A stretch of 64,000 nt of DNA from the NCBI GenBank assembly GCA_965113315.1, contig OZ220363.1; one strand, 5' to 3'. The stretch comes from Podarcis vaucheri. Taxonomy: Eukaryota. The notes below the pieces were generated by a model. It was not told the DNA's origin, did not search any database, and saw only the letters and a list, made by a program, of their open reading frames with translations. The translations under genes were made by a program, and so were the position numbers. Within the stretch, counting starts at the first letter, position 1. Each line of letters begins with the position of its first letter. This document shows, in pieces, positions 48,291 through 60,930 of this stretch.

Positions 48291-51200
48291 TTGATGTTTC
48301 AGAGTGATTTTGAACAATAAATGGCCAATATTTACAGAACAAGAAGTTCTATCATTAAGATATACTGGGAGTATTCATTTTATTCATACCAGCATTTATA
48401 TGCCACTTTTCATCAACACAAAGGGCTGTTGATTGTGGTTATATGCAACAAAGGCTATGCGGTGGCTAGAAAAGTCCAAATACATTCATTAGACACATCA
48501 ATTCAGAATCTTTCAAGGGTTATCCCAACCTGCTCTCTGCATACCCCATTTACTCGTCTTAGGCTGGGCCAATTTTTAGGCTCCATACACATTCACAAAG
48601 CAATGATTCAATTCCTCTTTCAGGCTTCAGATGACACCCTCAAAACAAGGATTTTCTCCCTTATTGCCTGCTTTATATTCTTCTGCACCCTTATGTGTTT
48701 AAAGCAGAGATTAAATCAAAATTCTGGTGCTCCTTAAACACAATTTCAAGCCACTGAGACTTGTTGCCAAAGATCTGCATGACTTCAGATAAGTGGAGAT
48801 GGAGATTGCTAGCATCATCCAAAAGGCATTCATTCAGTACACATACCACCACTGTTTATTATCTATTGTGTCAACTTCCATCTTTTGACTAAGCTCTTCA
48901 GATGGCAATTCAGCACTGCACACCATGCAATTGTGCTACATGAATGCATAAAGATTTCCATTCTTTGGTTTGGTGCAACATTTTGTTGAACAAAAAAGGT
49001 ATTACAGCAGATTTCTCTCTTCTCTGATGATTAACCCTATGATTGTACCTACTTGACAAATCAGCACAAAAACCTGACATTCTCTAGGTCATTCAAAACA
49101 GTAGGTGCTTCCTATAAAGGACATAGTAACTCACTGGAAGTGCTTGCGAGTGATACTAAACCGTTCTTTAGTGCTATGCGCACAAGCTGCAATGAGCCTA
49201 AACAAAGCCTCAGGCTCATGCGTTCTCCTATCTTGTACAGCCAGGAGAAGGATTTTGCCAGCATTTTCTTTCACTTTCCCCTCATCTTAGCTTGTCCTTG
49301 TGTACGAAATAGAAACTGTAGTTTACGGAAAGTTCTGCTTAGTTTAACAAGTCAGCTTCTTTACTCGCCATCTAAAGCTAGCTTATTTTGAACTAACCAG
49401 TATATGTGATAAACTGCAATATTTTGCTTATATGCAACAAGCAGAGATTAGAGGAAAGTGGGGATGGGGCCTTGCAAAGCTCTCCCTGTAAAATGGGTAA
49501 GGAGGAAATGAAGCCCAATGCTTCATGTGAGTTTGTTCCACCTCATGCATGTAGCACAAAACCTTGGCCTGGTTCTGATCCACAGAACCACCTTTATGGC
49601 CTACCAACCTTCGACCAAAATCAGGGGTAGGAAAGCCTTGTCTTGTCATTGGAAGGTGGTTTTGGAGACCTGAGAAATAGGAAAGAGCACAAAGACTTCC
49701 TTACAAAGGTACTGTGCCAGAGGGAGAAAAGGCACTAAGACTATCCTGATTTTACTTCCCTTTGGTTATCTCAACCCGCATTCCTAGCCTATTGTGGGGT
49801 TGAAAATGTTGTGTATGCAGACACAAACTATCCATGTTTGTCATGCCCATGCCATGAGTGAGCAGCTTTCACTATGGCCCTTAGGCTGAAAAAGATATTA
49901 ATGCCAAGCCTACACTAAGCAATGGTTTAGTGCTGGGGTGGGGAGCCTCAGGCCCAGGGGTCTAATGTAAGCTCACCTCAATACAAGCTCACCTCAATGG
50001 CACTGCTTCACTTCCTCAAGTGCTTTTGCCTGCCCAGAATATCTCCTTGAAATATGATCATCCCTTTTGCTTGCCTGGACGGAAAGAGGGATCTGCATGT
50101 GGGGAAACCTCTGGGTTTTGCAAGGCTGGAATGTGGCCCATAATTCAAAGGTAAGAACGACAGTTGCTGCTCCATTGACTGTTTTGCCTCTCGCCCACCC
50201 ATTTCTGTCTCTATTCCCACCCACTGCCAGCATGCGAGAAGGTTCCTATGAGGAAACTCGCCCCATCCAGAGTTTAATGTTCCATGCAAACTAGGGCAAT
50301 GTCTAAATCCGGTCCTTAATGTAGTATCAAGTCAGACTCAATGGTTTGCCACGCTAACTGTCCAATATTATTTTTCCTCTTTGAAATTAGAATGATTCCA
50401 ATTTGGCTGCATTTTATGGCCAAATGCATGGGTTTCTTTAAGGTTACCCTGCTGACTAATCAGCAGTGGCTTCAGGACAGGGTGTTCAGGAGGAGAAACA
50501 GGTGGTGTGTCTACTTCCCTCTCCCCAGTAGTTGTTTCTCAATTCAGAGTAGTACTACAGCCAGCAAGTTTCAAATGTAAGTCTCCAGGGGGGGCGGGGG
50601 AGAGAGAAATGGGTTTGGAGGGTGGCATATTTGGATAATAAAAAACAGCCCTAGGGAAAAGATTACTCACCATCTCTCAAAATTTTTGATTTGATTTTTT
50701 AGGTTCCTAAAGAGATGTTACTCACATCTGTGTGTAATGTCTACTTTACCCCTTAAGCAACAGGTTTTTTTCAAGTGCAAACACACCAACATGTCAATTA
50801 TCAAGTACTATATATAAGTATCAAGTAGCACAATACAAACAGTAATACTGAAACCCCAAAGATCTTAGCACCTTGGTTGAAAAATAAATGTATTACGGAT
50901 ACTGGCATTTCAGTGTAAAAGAAACTGTTCACAGTCCTATAATATGCACACCACAGAAGTCAAAATCTTAGGTGTTCATCTTTCACTTAGATGTAAATAA
51001 GTTATCAACAAACTAAATGCAGTTTGCATAATTTTATCTTGGGTTGCTATGGAGATGTTCTAATGTGGTGGTGATGATGGTTAATCACTGTGCATTCTCT
51101 CTATCCTAAATGGTTGTGTCAAATTCTGATTTTGTACTTTTGTTAAATTGTAGAGATGTTATTCATCATATGGAAACTGCCTAGTAAGAACAGGTGAGAA

Positions 51201-52544
51201 TTACAAAATGATTCAATTATTTAGTATTGCACCATGCAATAAAAACAAAAATCCCAGAGACACCTGCTTTATGAAATGTTAAGAAATGCATAGAAGTCTT
51301 AATTTGCTTTCGTCTTGGAACTGACATGTTTTATTCCAAGTAAGCTATGAATAAAATGTCATTTTACAGCACTCCTTGAATTCTAAGAATGAGAACCAGC
51401 TGGTTTATACATACATTGTAAATTGATTGTCAGGATCGTAAGAGGTGCAGAAGTATTTTAACTCTAAGGCAGCATGAGGCAGAAGTTCTGGACTAGAGTT
51501 CAGATGAAGTTTTTGGAATAAGTGAACTCCTTCCTGTCCATAAAGGCTCCCGACCTTTTTGGGTCATGGACACAACTGCAAACCAGGGAAACTATCAGAA
51601 TGCTTCTTTCGTGTTTAATTTCAGTGAGGGTGGGGAGACTCTGTGCACAGAAGCATATGCCTCTGTGGACACCACCATGGTGACATCTGTGTCACAGTGC
51701 TACGTCTGTGTAAAGGTAGATCAGATATACTTGTTGCAATAATTATGCAAGCCTACCTTGCAACAGGAGTTGGCAAGCAGCCTATGTAAATCAGAGTCAG
51801 ATTTGTTTTAAAACATATAGGACAGGATACAAAAAATTCTAAGCAAGGGTTCAAGTGCTCTGGTACATGTACAAGAAAGTTTCTGTTCTCCACTTTTGAT
51901 AAATGTTCCTTGTGGTGTGCCAGAGATTGTTTCTACAAGTGCTTCAAGGTGGTCTTGTGCAAAGCAAAGGGGCTGTATGTGCAGAAGCCCAGAACAGAGC
52001 TCTTTACATCCCACTTACTTTAGCAATTGATTGACTGCATTTCTATTCCACAACTGAGTAAGTTCTCAGGGGAGCAAACTATCAGAAAACAAAGTGTGAA
52101 ATGCAATGAAAAGACAAATCAAGTCTAAAATCACAAAGGAATATGCCAGCGAGAAACTAAACAATTTGTATTTTTTTTTATGGTGCTTATTATTGTACAG
52201 CACCCTGCTATTTGATAATTTGACAGTGCAGAAATACATACATACATACATAAGGCCTGAGGGAATAAAGAGGTATTTGCTAAGTGCAAGAAGGGCATCA
52301 AGGAAGACACCAGGTGAGCCTCTCTGAGTTGAGCAGTCTAGTCAGGGCACACCTTTTGAAGAGGCCTTTTTCCCAGAATCCACCTGCATAACCTTATCTC
52401 TCTGGTGTACTTAAAGGCGTCAGAAGTAGAGTTCAAAGTCAAAATAGGTATAAGGTACACTAGTCAACACGACAGTAGGCTCATAAATGGATCAGGAGCG
52501 GTATGTATTTTAATGGGATGAATAGAGTGAAATGTTATGATTGG

Positions 52545-52546
<2 letters not shown>

Positions 52547-52576
<30 letters not shown>
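52547..52576. repeat. (GA)n microsatellite
   Basis: About 15 GA units. Confidence 0.95.
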
Positions 52577-52581
<5 letters not shown>

Positions 52582-52595
52582 AGAGAAAATGTAAA

Positions 52596-53195
52596 CATAG
52601 TACCGCTGCGGTGGGAAGGTAAACAGCATTTCCGTGTGCTCTGGTTTCCGTCACGGTGTTCCATTGTGCCAGAAGCGGCTTAGTCATGCTGGCCACATGA
52701 CCCGGAAAGCTGTCTGCGGACAAACTCCTGTTAGGATATTTCCGTTCCACCTTAAAAGGGAGCAGGCTTTGTGAGTCAGAGTCTGCGTATTTCCTGTTTC
52801 ACAGGATGTTTCTGTTGTGTCTTTTGTTTTCGCTCTCTCTGTGTCTGGAGACACTGAAGCAGGCAGTCATGTTTTTTTTGTTCTGATCAACGCTGAATAA
52901 AACTTGTAAATAATGCTCCCCTGAGTGCGACTTTTGCTGTGCATTATCTGCTGATAGAGTGTGCATGAGCTCTGGAATGTGGCAAGCTATTTCTGGAAGC
53001 TCGTGTCGCTAATTGCTGATACTGTATCTACGGGAGATCGATGGATCGTCCGGCAGCCGGCTTGGGGGCCATGATGGACTTTGTCTCCCTGGCAGTATCC
53101 CAACAACTCTGGCTCCCTCGGCCTGAAAGCGAGATGAGCGCCGCAACCCCAGAGTCGCATTTGACTTAACCGTCAAGGGGTCCTTTACCTTTTAC
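52596..53195 (+). mobile_element. 5'-truncated Sauria SINE split by an LTR insertion
   Basis: SINE body 52596-52728 resumes at 53111 (ggctccctcggcc...cctttacctttt). Confidence 0.85.
52729..53105 (+). mobile_element. Solo LTR (377 bp)
   Basis: TG...CA ends, 9/10 terminal inverted repeat TGTTAGGATA/TATCCCAACA, 5-bp TSD actcc/actct, AATAAA at 52896. Confidence 0.8.
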
Positions 53196-53407
53196 ACATA
53201 ATAGTGTTTAGCTTTTTGTGTTGTTAATACTGTTTAACAGATTATGAATGTTTTATTCATGATTTCCCTCTGTCATTTTTACAGCAACAGTTCCCAAAAT
53301 CAATGATTTTTCAGAGAACCCTAGGAGGAGGAAGTTCAACTTAAATATCACAAGTTCATCTCTACAGTCATGTTTCAATTTCCCACCCCATAATGAAACA
53401 TTTAGTA

Positions 53408-53733
53408 CAGTGGTGCCCCGCAAGACGAATGCCTCGCAAGACGGAAACCTCGCTAGATGAAAGAGTTTTCCGTTTTGGAGGTGCTTCGCAAAACAAATTT
53501 CCTATGGGCTTGCTTCGCAAGATGACAATGTTTTGCGAGTTCCTGCTGGTTTTTTTTCCTCCCCCCCCCCTTTCCTAAGCCGCTAAGCCGCTTATCAGAT
53601 GATCCGATCAGCAGATAAGCCGCTAATAGCGCTAATCCGCTAATCCGTCAATGGGCTTGCTTCGCAAGACGAAAAAACCGCTACACGAAGAGAATCACAG
53701 AACGGATTCTTTTCATCTTGCGAGGCACCACTG
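53408..53733. mobile_element. Family A MITE copy 5
   Basis: TA TSD, same TIRs; near-identical to copy 4. Confidence 0.9.
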
Positions 53734-56700
53734 TACCAGCAACGCAATTGCCTTGCAGTAAGTAAGTGGTGAAATTCATTGCTCATTTGCTCCCTCACAC
53801 ACAAACAGTATGTAAGCACAGGTTGGTTAACAGCTCTGATTTATGGATCTTCTGTGCTGCATGACTGCAATAAGCTGTGTATGGGAAATGTATATTCTAT
53901 TCCAGTGTATTTAAGATGTGGATGAACTTATGCCAAAGAAGAAAGACAAGAACAACCTTTGAATAGGAGAAGAGAAAGCAGCAAGTTGTCAGAAAAAGTG
54001 CATCTATGTTGAACCACAGAATGCTTTGCAAAAGTACGGCTAGGTGGCATGAAAAAAACACACCAGTCCACTGAAGGGAAGAAAAATGAACAGTTGTAAA
54101 CTTAAAGCGGATTAGCTTAAGCAAGTGAGCTTCAAACAGAAACTCTTGTCAGTGATAACTAAACAGCACAGCATGGTTATAGACATCTAAAGATCAAGAA
54201 ACCTTCAAGCCAACACAGTATGCCATCTTGAGAAAATCACTGAATATTTAGAAACACACACATTCTCTTTAAAGAGCTCTAACCAACTCTGGTTTTAATA
54301 GCATGGCACCAATGAAAACAGGTTTTCACCACTGGGAACACAAGAGGGAAAAGCAAGCTAATGGCAATGCCAACTCTTATCTAAGCTTCTTGATTTTCAA
54401 TGACAATAGCTTGACATGATGTCTGAATTGGGAAGATTAAGGTTCATAGTATGCTTCAAAAATAGAACCAGAAGCTATGGTTTGTGGTAACCACTGTCTG
54501 AGCAATTCTGGTGTCAGGAAAAAGTGTGGTTGACAGAAACCAGGAAGTGCAGGATGGAAGGGGAGAGTAAATAAGTGACCATGTAAGCCCTTTACAGCCA
54601 GATTACGGACAATCCATAGTTTGGTTGTAATATTGGGACTGTGTGTCAATGGTCCCTCCCCTGCAACTGCAACTGCAAAAAGACTGCCCCTCACTCCACC
54701 GCCACACACTGAATTTGCACCTCCCTTTCCTTTCTTGGTACCACTGGTTCCAAGCACACAACTCTTTGTCACCACTTCTCAGCACTCAGTAGTTCACAGG
54801 GTGTAAACTGCTGCCGCCGCCAGCACCTACTACTGCATTTCTCCACTTCCAGATAGGCCAGTTGGAGCACTGGCTGGTGTTTGAAAGGAAGCTAGCAGCA
54901 AAATGGAGAGGAGGGGAGGGAAGAAAAGAAAAGAAAGATGGCAGACAGAAACAAGTAGGCAGAGGGAGGGAGATGGTGGCAGTTCTATAAGAATTAGCAG
55001 AATCCCAGCAGACAAGAGTCTCAGCCTCAGTGACAAAGCATTAAGGTAAACAGTTAAGCAAGCAAGCAAGGCAAGCACCTGCCACCTGCACAGGTTTAGC
55101 AATAGGGCCAGTAGGCAAAGGCAGATAACCTTCCCATTTTATCTTACAAATCCTAACTTCACAACTGTAGAAGACCAAGAACAAAAAGCATGCAGGTAGA
55201 AAGCCAACAGGGTTGTGGGGGCTATTCAGTGTTATTGGGCAGTGTCATATGTACAACTATTTGTCTGCTGCACAAAATATTGCTGCAAAATGCTTTCACA
55301 CTCCTGGTATGAAAGATTTCCAATACTCACTGAGACAGAAAAAAACAAGTCTAAAGCACGTGAACAAGATTACTGTTCTCCTTGCTTATATACACTGGTC
55401 TCAAATTTCCCTCCCTAGCAGGTGTTTTCCTATCAGAGGAGTAGGGAAAGGTTTTGCAGACAAAAAATGTTGTCAGACGCAATTTTAAAGGGCCTCAGTA
55501 ATTATTGAGCAATTCAATTTCAGTAGCTCTCTCAAAATGATTTCTGCTGTAGACTTCTCCCTTCCCCAAGGTCCAACTGAAACAATTAAAAGATGCACCC
55601 TAGCAGCATAACAACGTGAAAGCAATTAGCCTCATTTGTTTCATAATCATACAACTTGTTAACCTGGTTTAGTAACATTTGGAAGTTTGGCTTCGCAACT
55701 GACAGCCAGCAGAAAAGAATTCACATATTCTCAAAATGGTGCCATATGCAGCTACTCCGTCATATGCACGCAGGTAGTCAACTGGTGGGGTAGGAGTGAA
55801 AATGAATGCTGGGGTTTTGGAGCAATTGGCAGCCACCACTGCTAGAAGACAAGCTGGCATTTTAGTGTGTTCTCTCCTGGAAATCTGCTCTCTTTCACTT
55901 CCTACTACCTCCTCACCTATCCTATCCTAGTATACTAGCAGTGATGTGGGGCAGAACATTTTCCATGTGAAAGAATGTTTTCTTAAAAATGAGTTAGTAG
56001 CATCATAATGAATAAATGCAATTTCACTGGGCATGCTCAAAGTTGTAAGTTGTCCCCACCCCCGTAACTATAGGTCCTTTCTCATGTTCCTTCTAGTCAT
56101 GGAGGGGAGTGGGATTGTGGCTACTTACTTGGTCCCTTCTCACCAAACATGCAGAAGCCCTGCTCGCACAACCTCTGTATGCTGTATGCACTAGAGCCTG
56201 TTTCTTAATTCTACAGAAGTCAGGTAACCAGCCATCTGCAACCAACCATGCCCTGGGCACTCCAGACTCTCATACCGCCAACAAAAATAAGGTACCTATT
56301 TATGGGACACTGACACAAAACTTTGTTCATATACCATTACAATGCAAAATATTGAAATTTCACCAACCCCCATTCCTTCCTTCCTTCCTTCCTTCCCTCT
56401 CTTTCCACGTCTCTCCCCACCCCTGCAACTCCACATTACTTATAACAGTAATGTCTTGCCCAATACAAAACTCTTTTGAGTTTTATAAATTTAGCATAAC
56501 AACAGGGAATATGTCCAATTATGCTCACCGTGGCAAGGATGTAACTTCACTGTAGTGAGCAGCCTGCCTTTATCCCAACTTTGAAGCTGTAGAAAGTGGC
56601 AGATATCTTTCTATGGAGATCCCTACCACCTGGGCCACTAGGCAGAAAGTTAAGGGACATCTGACAGCTATGTTGCCAGACAACCTTGGCCATTCAGGAA

Positions 56701-56766
56701 CAGACTGCCTTTCATTGCCTCCAATGTTTTTTGTGCTTGAGTTCAGGAAATGCAGAGAAGGGGTTA

Positions 56767-57158
56767 CCGTCTTTTTCTGTGTATAAGATGAGGTTGTTAT
56801 ATTATAAAGAACTGTTACAATTTTGGGGTCATCTTATGCACAGATAGTGAGGGGGGACCTGCGATTGGTGGCAGCTGCGAGCAGGAGATTTTAAGCGGTG
56901 ATTTGGCTGTGGTTTTTGGGCTGCAGCAATGCGTGCTGGCGACTGGCTGCTGCTGTGGGAAGTGGCTGTGTGTTTGGCGGTTGCTGGTGGCTAGCGGCAG
57001 ACAATCAATGGCTTCGGTGAGTTGTGCAACTCTGGGCAATCCCCCCTAAAAAAGCTCAACAACTCTGGGCAATCTCCCCCCCATTTCTTTAATTTTGAGT
57101 CCCCCAAAATGGGGGGTTGTCTTCTACACGGGTGTGTGTTATACATGGGAAAACACGG
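56767..57158. mobile_element. Older Tc2-like non-autonomous element
   Basis: TA|CCGTCTTTTTCTGTGTATAA...TTATACATGGGAAAACACGG|TA. Confidence 0.7.
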
Positions 57159-58009
57159 TATCTATCCAGTTTTTTGCATGGCCAGCAAGGAAAGCCAAAA
57201 ATTGTAGACACCTGTTTCAGCGCCTTCAATTCTTAGTGTGCTTTAATTTTCCTCCTTATCAGACCTTCTCATTAAAATCCCTTCAGCTGCTGGAAAAATG
57301 CTGGTGCTATATAGCATGTACGGTTATCAGAGTACACGGTACTTCTTAAGTTGTTTACTATTAGTCAAAATAAACATGCTGAATAAGATCCTAATTTAGA
57401 GCATGGAACCCTTTTCTGGAAACTCCACAACATGGCCCAATAGGTAAAAGGGCAGTGGGGTGATTATTTGAGGTAGGAGATGACGAGCCAGAACTCCAAA
57501 CAGCTGAAGAAAGAAGAAGGTACTCACATCTTTTCCTCCTTTGGATCAGTGTCTAAAATTGCAGTACCTCTCAACTTCCTTATTCTCACCTGCTATGCTA
57601 AACCTTCTTGCCTATCTGGTTAGGGCACCTCCTTCACCCTTCCAAACACTGCACTATCCAGGAAAGCATGCCAGATTAACCCCTCCCTGACATTGGTGTG
57701 AGGCCTTAATCTCCAACAGCCCATCTTGGAGAAATAAAATGAATCTGGAGCCAGGCAAAAGGGAGGGGAGGAAAAGGAGCACTCCTATTCAAATAATATC
57801 CTTTTGTTCCAATCAATAGGTTATAGATAGCTATGTGTGAGCTCCTCATGCAATAACAGGCTGCTGGAAGAAACATTAATTCATAAATATTGTTCATCTT
57901 CTTTATAATCTTGGCTACATCCATCCCTATGACACCCCTAAATTAGATCACTCTCTCTGCTTTAATCAAATGTACTCTTTGAACGCTAAATCATGCTAAT
58001 TTTACAGAA

Positions 58010-58219
58010 GTAGATAGGTAGCCGTGTTGGTCTGCCATAGTCAAAATAAAAAAATTCTTTCCAGTAGCACCTTAAAGACCAACTAAGTTAGTTCTTGGTA
58101 TGAGCTTTCGTGTGCATGCACACTGTGTATCTGAAGAAGTGTGCATGCACACGAAAGCTCATACCAAGAACTAACTTAGTTGGTCTTTAAGGTGCTACTG
58201 GAAAGAATTTTTTTATTTT
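58010..58219. mobile_element. Penelope-like retroelement remnant (inverted pseudo-LTR hairpin)
   Basis: Perfect 81-bp inverted repeat (58043-58123 / 58139-58219); flanking direct repeat aattttacagaa (57998-58009, 58220-58231); gtagccgtgttggtctg and ttaaggtgctac motifs as seen in reptile Penelope ends. Confidence 0.85.
58127..58164 (+). ncRNA. Minimal type-I hammerhead ribozyme motif
   Basis: GTAT (stem I) CTGAAGA A GTGTGC-AT-GCACAC (stem II) GAAA GC TC ATAC (stem I'); predicted cut after C58160. Confidence 0.7.
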
Positions 58220-60814
58220 AATTTTACAGAAACAGTGATGATCAAGAAAGATGTGGTATACTATAACAGATAGCTTAAAGAAAAACTATGAAGACAAGAA
58301 CAATCTAAGCTCATTAATCAATAATCAGTTTTGCTGAGCATATTTGAGGGTTAAGAGGATGGCGCAAATATAATAATAATAAAACACCACTGGCAATGGG
58401 AGCCATTTAGATGTATACATGACAGTTAGGCGGAGGATTTCTACATATTCAGGCAAGAAAGTAATTAACAGTTCCTAGAAAATCATGTTATGTTACAGTT
58501 CTTGAGTTAGAAAGAATAGGCAATAACAATTTAAACTTCTATTGAACTAAATCAAAAGTCATTGGGAGGCTCCTCGACAAGTTCTGAAAAACTGTGTTAC
58601 TTCCCCCCACCCAAATGTTACGACTCTAGTCCCAACACAATCAGGAAAAAGTGTTACAACAGTAACACATAGCGCTACAGCGGTTCTAGAAATAGAAAAA
58701 TTAGGTTTCACATATGTTCATGACACACTGCTTCCAAATTTAATACTTTCCTGTTCTGGTTAAAAATGTAAAACTAGTTAACCATCTACTTTGATTTGTG
58801 TAGCTTCTCAACTCCATCACCAGAGTGAGAAACTTATTTAGTGCCACACACACAGATGCCTCCAGGAACTGCAATCCCAGACAGACTTCTATTTATACTT
58901 GAAAATATAATTACAGTGTCTCCTGTGCCATGCCTCCCAATCCCTGTTCTCAGTCACTTTTATAAATCCTATAAAAAGGATGTAGCAAAGGCCTTATTTT
59001 CCTACTCCCCCTGTTTCTAGTTGTAGCAACTTGTTTCCTGCATCTATTAAGTCTTCAAATATTCAGCACTCCATTTTAATTACTGCTCATTTGGACAGAT
59101 CCTCCCTCCATAACAGCTGCCCACCTTTTCCTGTACTGGTCCCTATTTGCAGCTTGAAGTCATTTGGATTAATCATTCTCTTCTCTCCTCAGAATGAGGT
59201 ATTGGGGCAGAACATTGGTATTCTGCGAGACATGAGATATTTGTGGGCTGCTTAAATGTTTTATTGCTAAGGAGAAAATCTAGAACCAACTATTTTGTCC
59301 TTTAATTAAGGATTTTTTGGAAGCAGTAATAGCAAAGCCTCTTCCAAGAGATTACCAGCACATCGGTCCAATTAAGATTTTACCAACTCAAGGCAGCTCA
59401 CACTACAATCCCAAGCTTCAAGAATACCATCTTAACTGGCTTACGTTCCCAATGCTGATGTATCTTGGGCACATACCACACCATCATTGGCGATCATTTT
59501 AGCTGATAGTCCCAGAGACAGCAACATATCCTCACTGTTGGCAGAACTATTGATAGAGTGGCCAAGATGGGCAGCAGGTGGTGAGGATCAAGCTTAGCCC
59601 AATTTCTTTGCTGGCAAAATAACTGAAAATGAGTTGCCAAAATAAACTATTCCTCTCCCTGCCACCACCTACACTGCTGTGGCAGACTATAGACTCTAAC
59701 TGCACCTAACTGCAGTGCGCTAACACTAGTATACAAACCGCCCCGCACTAAGGAAGCCCTTTACTCACATGACAGAGCACACATCACTTGGGTCTCACAT
59801 AGTTCCCACAATGGGAACTTTGGTGAGAAGATCTATGGTGCAAGGGCAGACTGCACAAAGAGAGGGCACCCTACATGAACAGCCTAGCCTCAGCACAAAT
59901 ACAGGATGAGCTCATTGCCACCATTGGCCTTCTCAGAACTCTAACTCTGCCTCAGGATTCAAAACAGAGATTATACTCCACTGCTTCAAAAGGGTTCACA
60001 AGGAGGAAAGGTGCCATGCCTCAAAGTATAACTGCTACACACGTCTCCCACATTTTGCTCCTCATGCTTCAATACTCTCAACTGTGTAGAAGAAATGCTT
60101 GAGTCCATGAGCAGCATGTGCTCTGTTCCAGCCACTGCAACTGCTGGTCAAAGGTGAGGACCCATCTGCCTTATAGGATCAATGCCTGGGCACAGCTACT
60201 TTGAGCACAGATCTTTGTTCTCCTTGTCCATTTATTCATCCATACCCAGTTTTTCCTAGACTCTATGCACGTAAGAGTCCCACTTCCCAAGGAAGGGGTA
60301 ACTATTGTTTCAGACAGTACCCTTCTTCCACACAACACAGCAAGGGCACCAGAAGGGTATTGAGATGGAAGAACCATCACTTGCTCATGAGCACTTTGAC
60401 TCAATCAGTCCAGTGACTGTGTTGCAGCTGGTAATCATTACTCATCAGTGTCCCTATGGCACTTCAGAGGCAGCACTCCAGGGAAGGATGTTCAATATTA
60501 TACAAACCCCAGACAGCTTGCTTGGGAGGAAGCATATATTGGACCCAGGCTGCCCTAAGGCTCAAGGTTCCGCCATACTCATCTGAAAAAAGGACCCAAG
60601 AGAAAAGAAGCCCCTAGGCAAACATACTGGTATGCTCAATGCACGATGTACAACCCTAACTGCTTGTTAGGGTATGGCCCCCTACCCTGTAAAAAAATAC
60701 ATAATTCTCCCACACCCAATAAGATTTTATTCTTCCCACCTTGCCTTTTTCTTTCAAAGAAAAAGTATTAGCCAAAGGCTAAGCTCAGCTCTTATTCTGA
60801 CTATCAATTTCTAC

Positions 60815-60930
60815 TAAGCAGAGGTTGGATGGCCATCTGTCATGGATGCCATGTTGAGATTCCTGCATTGCAGGGGGTTGGACTGAATGACCCTTGGAGT
60901 CCCTTCCAACCCTACAATTTGATTATTCTA
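60815..60930 (+). mobile_element. CR1 LINE 3' end
   Basis: aagcagaggttggatggccatctgtc...ttcctgcattgcagggggttggact..gtcccttccaacc; same tail as the SINE at 39864. Confidence 0.8.

Noticed and set aside
49968-49998. Tandem duplication of aagctcacctcaat
   Set aside because: Isolated short duplication with no associated structure; similar trivial ones at about 19643 and 40116.
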